The notes beneath the pieces were generated by a model. The model did no database searches and was not told the DNA's origin. It saw only the letters and a program-made list of their open reading frames with translations. Shown piece after piece: positions 39,601-50,500 of a stretch of 64,000 bases of DNA. This stretch comes from Macrostomum hystrix (lineage: Eukaryota > Animalia > Platyhelminthes). The DNA lies in the NCBI GenBank assembly GCA_950097015.1, contig CATNEN010000039.1, forward strand, positions 6,696,001-6,760,000, given 5' to 3'. A program made the translations under genes and the position numbers. Position 1 is the first letter of the stretch. The number at the start of each line of letters is the position of its first letter.

Positions 39601-42600
39601 CGTCAGCCCGGCTGGCGAGGACCTCGTGGCCAGCCTGGCCTTCGAGGCGCTGAGCAGCAACTACTCAGAGTGGTTGGCCAATGAAAATGAGGATAAGAAT
39701 GGGGATAAGAATGAGGATAAGAATGGGGATAAGAATGAGGATAAGAATGGGGATAAGAATGAGGATAAGAATGGGGATAAGAATGAGGATAAGAATGGGG
39801 ATAAGAATGAGGATAAGAATGGGGATTCGAATGAAGATTTGAGGAATGAGGATGAGGATAAGGGTGAGGATGGGATATCCGACATTTGCCACATCCCTGA
39901 ATCCGGCAGGTGCATGGACAATGTGGCGGTTGCCGCACTGAAGTGGGGTCGATTTGCGGTGGCCAAGGAGCTGCTGGTGATGCGGCAGTTCGACCTGCTT
40001 CCCAGCTGCCTGCTGATGATCATGGAGTGTCGCCAGGCCATCGCCAAGGCTTCAGGTTGGCGACCTTCCGTCTATCTGGGAGAGCTCAACTGCGCCGACA
40101 TCGGCGACCTTTTGCCCTGCTGGCGCGGCCGTTTCAGCGGCGTGGACATCCGGCTGTACGAGACGCACCGTTTCGCCTCCCGGCTGCTGCTGAACTCGGT
40201 CCGCCAGCTGTACAAGGGCAGCCGTGAGGCGCATCGGCGGGACGTGTTCAAATTCCTGCGCGGCGGCTTCCAGTTGGCCTCGGCGGCGGCGGCAGGAGCC
40301 AGGGGGCCGCTGTTCCAGTGTCACGATCCCGTCAAGGCGAAGCCGGCCGAGCGTAGCATCTTCGAGCTGATGCAGCTGAGCGGCTGCCAGCAGGTGAGCG
40401 GTTCAACTGGTTGTGGCGACCAACCGTCCCGTCCACAGACTGAACAATTGTACACAGCCTTAGGAAGCTGTGTGCTCTCTATCTACGAGATATATAGAGC
40501 TATATATGATAAAAAATGACACCATTGGATTAGATAATGGCACCATTGGATTAGATAATGGCACCATTGGATTTGAGAATGGCACCATTGGATTTGATAA
40601 TGGCACCATTGGATTAGATAATGGCACCATTGGATTAGAGAATGGCACCATTGGATTAGATAATGGCACCATTGGATTTGATAATGACATGATTGGATTA
40701 CCTTTTGCCCTGGTACCGGTAGATAAGGCACCATTGAGTTAAAAATGGAACCAAAATAGAGATAAAGGGAATAAAAAAAATTAATTAGAACCGTAAAGTT
40801 ACCAACTATGAGTTAAGAAAATGGCATTGCTAAGGAAGAAAATGTTATATAAAAAATCTTTCAGTTGTAAAAACTGCACATATTAGTTGCAGAATGGCAA
40901 TTTTTTCTTCTAAATTGGCGCCTAATTGCTCTAAAAATGAAACTAATTTCTGCCGCCAGGTATTTTCAACCAAGTGTCTGAACGACTACGTTGACAAGGC
41001 TTGGTACGGCAGTGGCGGCTCGCCATTGGTCAAACGCTCCATAAGGCGTGGCACCCTGCCATTGTTCGGCCGATATTTCCTGGACCTGTTTGGCTACCTG
41101 GTGTTCATGTTTATTTACTGCCACCTGGCTATTTGGGGGCCGCCTCAAGGCTGGGAATGGCAGGTGCCGCTGCTGCTGATGGCTTATTCGGCCGGCTTCC
41201 TCTGCCAGGAGATGCCAGAGATTTGGGACGCGATGCGGCGCAACCAGAAGCTGCTGCACCGCTTCTGCGGCCGCTTCTTTCAGAGGCGCTGCAACGGCAA
41301 GTGCTGCCGCGGCGGCGCTGAGGGCTGCTGCTGTTGCTGCTGCTCACCTTGGCCAGGTTTATTTGCAATACTTCCTGATATTTTCCAGGCACCTTAGTCC
41401 TCCTTGGTCATTGGTCCTTGATACCAGGCAGGTATCCTTGGTCCTCTGTATATCTGCCCCGCTTTGTCCAAAGTGCTGATAACTGCCAGACCAACATTAT
41501 CTACAAGTTTTCGATCCAACCCCTTCCCCAGTCCAACAGTTATCAGCCACCCCCTCCTCCAGTCTAGCGTTATCAGCCACCCCTTAAACAGTCCAGCAGT
41601 TATCAGCCACCTCTCCCCCGTCCAGTGTTATCAGCCACCCCTCCCCCAGTCCAGCAGTTATCAGCCACCTCTCCCCCGTCCAGTGTTATCAGCCACCCCT
41701 CCCCCAGTCCAGCAGTTATCAGCCAACCCCTTCCCCAGTCCAGCAGTTATCAGCCACCCCTTCCCCAGTCCAGCAGTTATCAGCCACCCCTTCCCCAGTC
41801 CAGCAGTTATCAGCCACCCCTTCCCCAGTCCAGCAGTTATCAGCCACCCCTTCCCCAGTCCAGCAGTTATCAGCCACCCCTTCCCCAGTCAAGCAGTTAT
41901 CAGCCACCCCTTCCCCAGTCCAGCAGTTATCAGCCACCCGCTTCCTCAGTCAAGCAGTTATCAGCCACCCCTTCCCCCATAACCGCTAAACCGCAGGCTC
42001 GTGCAAGCAGCTGGCAATTCGGCTCGCTCTGCTGCCACTCAGCTGTTTGCTGCTGATTTACCTGCTGGCCCGCTCAATGCTGACCTATTTCGAAACCGAC
42101 CGTTGGAATCTCATCGATCTGCTCGTTATCCTAGTGCCCGGAGCCACCGCCGCTGTCATCTGGCTCAAATCAGACGATGCCGAGCTATTGTTCTTCTTCA
42201 CCGGATTCGCTATAGTCATCCTGGGCCTGCGGCTGCTGTCCTACCTGAGGCCGTTCCATTGGCTTGGTCCAACAGTCAGCATGATTCGCTCTTTGTTTAT
42301 GCGCGATTTGCCTCCGTTTCTATGCATTAACTGCATTCTGATTGGCCTGTTCGGTCTCCTAGTTGTCAATCTTCTCTGCCCGAAGCCTAGCAGAGACATC
42401 GGACTGCTATTCAAACAGGTTGCTGTACGCGGGTTCTACCTCACATTCGCCCAGCTCGAGATGGATGTGGATACAGCGAAACTGATGGATGAACTGAAAG
42501 ATCAGAACATTGCTACAGTTCCTCCCAAAGATCCCAAAGACACGATTTTATACAATGCCACTTCCAGCAATGTTTGCGCTGGTCCGGTTTCAAATGCGGT

Positions 42601-43721
42601 GCAGTTTTTTCGAGCTGTGAGTTAACTAGCACAGCTCACTTTGGGCTAAAGAGGATATGGCTGGGATAGAGATAAGACGGCTCGGATAGACATGGGATGA
42701 GTGGGATCGAGACTTAGTATGGCTTTGATTGTCAAATCATATAAATATATCAGGTAAGAATGATTTTTTAATGCACTTACTCAGGTGTACATCTACGGTC
42801 TGGTGTTCGTCATACTGCTCGTATTTCTAGTCATGACCAACATGCTCATCGCTAAATTCAGCCTGACGGTGGCGGAGAAGAGCGAACGAGCCTACGTGAT
42901 ATGGCGACTGTCCAAGGCCAGGCTGATGATTCAGTACGAGAGGCACTGGCTAACCCCGCCGCCTATCAACCTGCTGGAGATGGTGTTCATGCCACTGCTG
43001 CAGTGCTGCTGCCGGCGAAGGACCCGCGTTCAGGTTGGCTTCTTGGCTTCAGGTTGAGTGGGGTTGGTGTGCGGAGTGGGGTTGGTGTGCGGAGTGAGGT
43101 TTTTGTGTGGTGGAGTGAGATTAGTGTGCGGTGTGAGGTTGATTTGCGGAGTGAGGTTGGTGGATGGAGAGGGGTTAGTGGGCGGAGTGGGGTTGGTGTG
43201 CGGAGTGAGGTTTTTGTGTGGAGTGAGATTAGTGTGCGGTGTGAGGTTGGTGGATGGAGAGGGGTTAGTGTGCGGAGTGAGGTTGGTGTGCGGAGTAAGG
43301 TTTGTGCGTGGAGTGAGGTTGGTGCGCGGAGTGGAGTTTAGGCGGAGTGGGGTTTGGGCGGAGTGGGGTTTGGGCGGAGTGTGTTTTGTTTGCGGTGTGT
43401 TATACTCGTTTATAAGAACTTGTTTTAAGTATTAACGGGTTGTATTTCATCTTGCAGGGCTGGACTCCATCTGAGCAGAAGTTTCGTAACTTCTCGGATC
43501 GCTATCGCGGATTTCTGCGCTATCAGGCCTTCAAATTTCGCGGCAAGCGGCGCCAGCTGAGGGATACAGTGTACCCCAGCGGTACAGCCGTGCAGGAGCT
43601 CAGCACAAAGTGTGCCAACATTGCCGCTAAACAGGCCTCAAAGCTTGATAGCATTGAGAGCCAGATTCGACAAGTCGGAAATCGGCTTTATCAGAGCAGC
43701 TTAGAGAATAGGGCTATGTGA
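33681..43721 (+). CDS. TRPM-like cation channel with N-terminal ankyrin repeats; exons 33681-33854, 34863-35120, 35583-35747, 36332-36609, 36933-(36996/37160; region to 37985 unresolved), 37986-38345, 39278-39672, 39910-40393, 40960-41356, 41997-42616, 42785-43033, 43458-43721
   Basis: Ankyrin motifs GATPLLLCC, GIRPLLQACALGH, GSNAFH, GMNLAHVAA, GFTCLHFAV and GLTCVELAI. TRPM-type pre-S1 (IFELM...VFSTKCLNDYVDKAWYG), S3 WNLIDLL, S4-S5 LRLLSY..LGPTVSMI, S6 TNMLIAKFS, and TRP helix IWRLSKARLMIQYE..LTPPPINLL. Confidence 0.85.
33905..34085. mobile_element. Two divergently oriented tRNA-like SINE heads (33905-33970 minus; 34012-34085 plus)
   Basis: tagcccagtgtttagac...ggagttcgaacc (minus) and gtagccc...gactcactacttgaaggtcgcgggttcgattccc (plus, similar to the family B head). 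Confidence 0.55.
34204..34783. repeat. 19-21-bp GC-rich minisatellite (cccctggtagtggcgcctc), TRP intron 1
   Basis: Preceded by caggggcgtagccag, a MITE-like terminus. Confidence 0.95.
35880..36313. repeat. 33-bp C-rich minisatellite, TRP intron 3
   Basis: ctcctccactgtagtcgtcctccacccacctca. Confidence 0.95.
37690..37980. repeat. Pyrimidine-rich 6/12-bp repeat (cccatt/cccatct) before an acceptor
   Basis: Direct inspection. Confidence 0.85.
38360..39228 (+). repeat. 20-bp minisatellite containing the Pol III B-box GGTTCGATTCC
   Basis: Unit ttggttcgattccaatctct; about 20 exact GGTTCGANTCC copies among ~43 units. Confidence 0.95.
39682..39870. repeat. 12/24-bp repeat (aatgaggataag/aatggggataag) in a probable in-frame intron
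   Basis: Reads NEDKNGDK in frame and is flanked by GT/AG. Confidence 0.9.
40515..40700. repeat. 21-bp minisatellite (aatggcaccattggattagat)
   Basis: Direct inspection. Confidence 0.9.
41520..41978. repeat. 30-bp C-rich minisatellite
   Basis: ttccccagtccagcagttatcagccacccc. Confidence 0.95.
43058..43395. repeat. 18-bp G-rich minisatellite (gtgcggagtgaggttggt); a related short array lies at 36828-36930
   Basis: Direct inspection. Confidence 0.9.
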
Positions 43722-43774
43722 TTTACGTGTCGAGAGGTAAATTCGAAGAGGAGTAGGTGGGGTCTTCAGGTAGG

Positions 43775-44005
43775 TTTGTGGATTGAGGTGTGTGAGTGGA
43801 GTGAGTGGAGTGAGGTGGGTGAGTGGATTGAGGTGGGTGATTGGAGTGAAGCTGGTGAATGGAGTGAGGTGGGTGATTGGAGTGAAGTTGGTGAGTGGAG
43901 TGAGGTGGGTGAGTGGATTGACGTGGGTGATTGGGTGAAGCGGGTGAGTGGAGTAAAGTGGGTCAGTGGAGTGAGGTGGGTGAAAAGAGTAGGGTGGTTG
44001 AGTGG
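43775..44005. repeat. 18-bp G-rich repeat downstream of the TRP stop codon
   Basis: ggagtgaggtgggtgatt. Confidence 0.85.
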
Positions 44006-44794
44006 AGTATGGTAGGTTAGCGGAGATATTAAGTTTATTATCAAATCTTGCCTAATGTATCAATAAAAAATTCTGATATATATTGCAAAATAAAAACATA
44101 AACTGAAATTTTTAATGAGCTTATTTATTTGTTTATAACTTCAGTATAATCTATCAATGTTAAAGGTCATATGTCTAACATGTCTTGTTAGGCTTTTGTA
44201 CTACAAGTTACCTGTGTTATGATAATATGTTCATTTTGTTATCCGAGTACCTGAAGGCTAAAAAAATTATTGGCATACTGTCTTGACGAACTTGTTTGAT
44301 TTTTAAATACCTGATCCGGTCAGATAGCAAAGTAACGTTGTATTTGTTATAATGCCAGAAGTCTATTTAAACTAAATTCGCGGCTTTAATTAATGAAATC
44401 GTGATAATATACAGAAATTTTAAACAATAAAAGGTCACTGTAGCACCTGAATTTTTCAAAGCAAAAAAATTAACTTTGTGTTTTTTAATACAAGAAAGAT
44501 AATTTGGTTTCATTTTTGCACATAATAAACAAAATATTAAGAACTTAGCTATTAAATATTAAGTAAAAATAAAATTTTCTAGACAAGATAAAACAAAATC
44601 CATGCATTTCTTATTGATTCTTAAGCTTACTCTTTAAAATAGAAGATTAAAAGATTTTGTCTTTAAATAACTTTTATCTGAACGAATTGCAAAAGCGCAT
44701 TTAAAAATTTAACTCATTCGCCTTCTCATCCTACGAGTATATGAGCATATGATTGTGATTGCTTTGTTTGTCATAGGCTATAGCCATTATCAAA

Positions 44795-45318
44795 GTCTAC
44801 AGTCTGTCAGGATCTACTATTTGTCAACATCTACTACATGGCCAAATCTACAACCTCGCAAAAATCTACAGCCTGTCCACAATCTACAGCCTGTCAAAAT
44901 CTACAGCCTGTCAAAATCTACAGCCTGTCAAAATCTACAGCCTGTCAAAACCAACAGCCTGTCAAAATCTACAGCCTGTCAAAATCTACAGCTTGTCAAA
45001 ATCTACAGCTTGTCAAAATCTACAGCCTGTCAAAATCTACAGCTTGTCAAAATCTACAGCCTGTCAAAATCTACAGCTTGTCAAAATCTACATCCTGTCC
45101 AAAATCTACAGCCTGTCAAAATCTACAACCTGTCCAAAATCTACAGCCTGTCAAAATCTACAGCCTGTCAAAACCAACAGCCTGTCAAAATCTAAAGCCA
45201 GTCAAAACCAACAGCCTGTCAAAATCTACGGCCTGTCAAAATCTGCAGCCTGTCAAAATCTACAGCCTGTCAAAATCTACAGCCTGTCAAAATCTACAGC
45301 CTGTCAAAATCTACAGCC
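44795..45318. repeat. 17-bp minisatellite (gcctgtcaaaatctaca)
   Basis: Lies between the convergent TRP and RPGRIP1L 3' ends. Confidence 0.95.
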
Positions 45319-45430
45319 TTTTAACATTTTTAACGCCTTAGGAACAATAGCTTATGAGTCTGTCAGTTGGAGTTCTGTTCTGTCAAATATTGAAATTTCG
45401 CGTTCAGAAAACAGTCAACAATTTTCGCGG

Positions 45431-47512
45431 CTACTTTTTCTTCACATTCGATGGTAGCTCCTCGCTGATGGCTCGCAGCAGTCTCGGCAGGTCGGTGGCC
45501 ACCTTCAGTGTGCCAATTATCTCGCCGTTGGACATTACTGAAATTAAGATTTAATTGAGCATAATGTTCTCAGTAATTATTCTGGCCAAGACACCGGAAC
45601 TGCTGCTCAGTCCGGGGACTCGAATTTGGAGGATTTTTGAGTTTCAGATTTCCCTATTTGAGAACCTATTTTTAGAAACCTGGGGAATCCCAATCTAGAC
45701 CAGCGGGTGTTTGTCTTGAAATTTACAATTGAGCGTCTCATCCAGAGCCTGGCGCCGGCTGTTGATGTCCAGCAGAAGCTCCGCCTTCGCCAGGTCGACA
45801 AAGAAATCGCTGCCATCGAGGGCTTCACAGACGACGCTGAACATCAGGACTGGATGGTCACGAAGCAGCATCTCAGAGGCCAGCTTGTGGCGCTTGTCGT
45901 AGTTGGTGTCGAAATCGTAGTCATAAGTCTGAGGGTTGTCATGGGCGCGCATTGAATTTAGGGCTTATCTCAATACGGCTCAAAAATAAAGCATGACCAG
46001 AAACACTACAGCATGACCTAAAACACTGCAGCATGACCTAAAACACTGCAGCATGACCTAAAACACTGCAGCATGACCTAAAACACTGCAGCATGACCTA
46101 AAACACTACAGCATGACCTAAAACACTGCAGCATGACCTAAAACACTGCAGCATGACCTAAAACACTGCAGCATGACCTAAAACACTACAGCTTGACCTA
46201 AAACACTGCAGCATGACCTAAAACACTGCAGCATGACCTAAAACACTACAGCATGACCTAAAACACTGCAGCATGACCTAAAACACTACAGCATGACCTA
46301 AAACACTGCAGCATGACCTAAAACACTGCAGCATGACCTAAAACACTGCAGCATGACCTAAAACACTACAGCTTGACCTAAAACACTGCAGCATGACCTA
46401 AAACACTGCAGCATGACCTAAAACACTGCAGCATGACCTAAAACACTACAGCATGACCTAAAACACTGCAGCATGACCTAAAACACTACAGCATGACCTA
46501 AAACACTACAGCATGACCTAAAACACTACAGCATGACCCAAAACGAAACAGAATGATACAAGACTCTATCGAAAGCATGATCCAAAAGCCTACAGCATGA
46601 CCCAAGACACCACAGCTTGACCCAAGACACCACAGCTTGACCCAAGACACCACAGCTTGACCCAAGACACCACAGCTTGACCCAAGACACCACAGCTTGA
46701 CCCAAGACTGGAAAGCATGGTCCAAAAGCCTACAGCATGAACCCAAGACCCTACAGAATGACCTATGACTAAGCTCATGACTAAAACCTCTTTAAACCAT
46801 GACCCACAAGCCTACTAAACTCAGGACTGAAGCCCAATCTTATGAGCCAAAACCATAAATCATGACCCAAAACCTCACTCCTAATCCACCACACAATAGC
46901 CTAAAAACGAGTTCAAAAACCCTACAAAGCCATTCTATGACCCAAATTATAAATTAATTTTAAGACACCAAAGCATCATTCACTAATAAATCTGGCCCAG
47001 CCAGCTCACCCTATTAAAGTTGTATCTAAGCGTGAACTCGCTGTCCCTGGCCAAGCCAGGCCTTGGCGTCCTAATCGACAGCGGCGTCTCGGTCTCCTCG
47101 CAGTCGTATCCGGGCAGGCCAAAAGCCACATAGCAACCAGTCTCGTCTAACTCGTTGCTGACCAGAGCCTCGGAGCTCGGATCCAGGTGCACCTCGAGCA
47201 CCTGGACAAAGCAGCTATTAGCCATAGAGGCAGACTTTGCCTGGCTGGATTGCGGCTTTGGCGAGGACTTCTTTGAAGGCTTCTCAACAACCACCACGGT
47301 AGAGTCCGTGTCAGAGGCATCCGCCGTGTCGTCGTCCTTTTCGTCAGCTTTGTCTTCTAGCAGCTCTTTCTTGTCCTTATCGACGATTGGCGAAGGAGCG
47401 ACGGCGGCCGCTGCAGTAGCTGCCGACCTCCTCGCCACCGGATCTTCAGGCACTTCAGCTTCCTGCTCCATCGCCAGCTTCTTCTTTCGAGGCTCTGGTT
47501 GTGGATGCTTCG

Positions 47513-47558
<46 letters not shown>

Positions 47559-50500
47559 ATTCTGAGGCTTGCCGTAGGATGGCTCATCGTATGGTGGCGG
47601 CGGTGGTACTTGGAAAATTGCAGATTCAGTTGATAATGTGATGTAGATTATTGAATAAGGTTATGGATAGGCTGATCGGATGATTGTTTGACTGTTAACT
47701 TGATTGATTATCGCTGAATAACTCGGCGATGCTGACTCGGACAGCTTTGAAAGTTAGTTGATCGTAAAGAGCGGAAAATTTTGATCCATATGATCTAGAC
47801 TTTCACAAAATTTGTTAATTCGTTTTGGGAGCCATCGTGTAGTAGGCATTGGGTATTTGAAATTCGATAAGGAGTGACATTTGATTACACGTTTGTTTGA
47901 ACAAAAAAAGATAATTTTTTTACCTCCGTTGCGGTTGTCGCCGCCTCCCAGTTCGCTCAGTTTGGCGTCGACTACCAGCCTGATGGTCTCCTTGGTGAAC
48001 AGCGGCGGGCCGGACTCGCGAGGGCGCACTCTGATTGGCTCAGGCTGCGGAGCGTTGGGGTGGGTGGCGCTGGAAATATGCCCTTGGTTGGGATTTTAAT
48101 CACCCGACATAGTTTTAGTTGTCGTTTCTTTGTTCACATCCCATCTGAAATTCTCCTATCTATATTCCACTTCTCTTATCCCATTCTACGAGCCCCATTC
48201 TATTTCTTTCATCCCCAATCAATTTCTCTCATACACATACTATTTCTCTCACCCCGTTCTATTTCTCTCACTCCCATTATATTTCACTCACCCCCATTCG
48301 ATTTCTCTCACCACATTCTATTTCTCTCACCACATTCTATTTCTCTCAGCCATTCTATTTCTCTCACCCATTCTTTTTCTCTCACCCCATTCTTTCTGTC
48401 TCACCCATTCTATTTCTCTCATCCTATTCTTTTTCTCTCATCCCTATTCTATTTCTCTCATCCCTATTCTATTTCTCTCATCCCTATTCTATTTCTCTCA
48501 TCCCTATTCTATTTCTCTCATCCCTATTCTATTTCTCTCATCCCAATTCTATTTCTCTCATCCCTATTCTATTTCTCTCATCCCTATTCTATTTCTCTCA
48601 TCCCATTCTATTTCTCTCATCCCTATTCTATTCCTCTCATCCCTATTCTATTTCTCTCATCCCTATTCTATTTCTCTTATCTTTATTCTATTTCTCTCAT
48701 TCATATTCTATTTCTCTCATCCCTATTCATTTCTCTCATCCCTATTCTATTTCTCTCATCCCTATTCTTTTTCTCTCATCCCTATTCTATTTCTCTCATC
48801 CCTATTCTATTTCTCTCATCCCTATTCTATTTCTCTCATCCCAATTCTATTTCTCTCATTCATATTCTATTTCTCTCATCCCTATTCGTTTCTCTCATCC
48901 CTATTCTATTTCTCTCATTCATATTCTATTTCTCTCATCCCTATTCTATTTCTCTCATCCCATTCTTTTTCTCTCATCCCTATTCTATTTCTCTCATCCG
49001 ATTCTTTTTCTCTCATCCCTATTCTATTTCTCTTACCCCATTCATTTTCTCTCATCCCTATTCTATTTCTCTCATCTCTATTCTATTTCTCTCATCCCTA
49101 TTCTATTTCTCTCATCCGATTCTTTTTCTCTCATCCCTATTCTATTTCTCTTACCCCATTCATTTTCTCTCATCCCTATTCTATTTCTCTCATCTCTATT
49201 CTATTTCTCTCATCTTTATTCTATTTCTCTCATCCCTATTCTATTTCTCTCATCCCTATTCTATTTCTCTCATCCGTATTCTATTTCTCTCATCCCTATT
49301 CTATTTCTCTCACCCCATTCATTTTCTCTCATCCCTATTCTATTTCTCTCATCCCTATTCTATTTCTCTCACCCCATTCATTTTCTCTCATCCCTATTCT
49401 ATTTCTCTCATCTCTATTCTATTTCTCTCATCCCTATTCTATTTCTCTCATCCCTATTCTATTTCTCTCATCCCTATTCTATTTCTCTCATCCCATTCTA
49501 TTTCTCTCATCCCTATTCTATTTCTCTCATCCCTATTCTATTCCTCTCATCCCTATTCTATTTCTCTCATCCCTATTCTATTTCTCTTATCTTTATTCTA
49601 TTTCTCTCATTCATATTCTATTTCTCTCATCCCTATTCATTTCTCTCATCCCTATTCTATTTCTCTCATCCCTATTCGTTTCTCTCATCCCTATTCTATT
49701 TCTCTCATCCCTATTCTATTTCTCTCATCCCTATTCTATTTCTCTCATCCCAATTCTATTTCTCTCATTCATATTCTATTTCTCTCATCCCTATTCGTTT
49801 CTCTCATCCCTATTCTATTTCTCTCATTCATATTCTATTTCTCTCATCCCTATTCTATTTCTCTCATCCCATTCTTTTTCTCTCATCCCTATTCTATTTC
49901 TCTCATCCGATTCTTTTTCTCTCATCCCTATTCTATTTCTCTTACCCCATTCATTTTCTCTCATCCCTATTCTATTTCTCTCATCTCTATTCTATTTCTC
50001 TCATCCCTATTCTATTTCTCTCATCCGATTCTTTTTCTCTCATCCCTATTCTATTTCTCTTACCCCATTCATTTTCTCTCATCCCTATTCTATTTCTCTC
50101 ATCTCTATTCTATTTCTCTCATCTTTATTCTATTTCTCTCATCCCTATTCTATTTCTCTCATCCCTATTCTATTTCTCTCATCCGTATTCTATTTCTCTC
50201 ATCCCTATTCTATTTCTCTCACCCCATTCATTTTCTCTCATCCCTATTCTATTTCTCTCATCCCTATTCTATTTCTCTCACCCCATTCATTTTCTCTCAT
50301 CCCTATTCTATTTCTCTCATCTCTATTCTATTTCTCTCATCCCAGTCTCTATCTTTCATCGCTACGGGAATTCGTTACTTTAAACGTTCTTTCGCTTGCT
50401 TTTTTGCCAACGAAGCCGCAGCCAAAGTAAAAAAAGTTTCATTCCAAAGCGCAAATCACTTCTTATACGTTTGAGTGTTAAGCGAACCAGTTAAAGCGGC

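Noticed and set aside
48060-50474. 804 aa and 766 aa ORFs
   Set aside because: Stop-free translations of a CT-rich 20-bp array, antisense within an RPGRIP1L intron.
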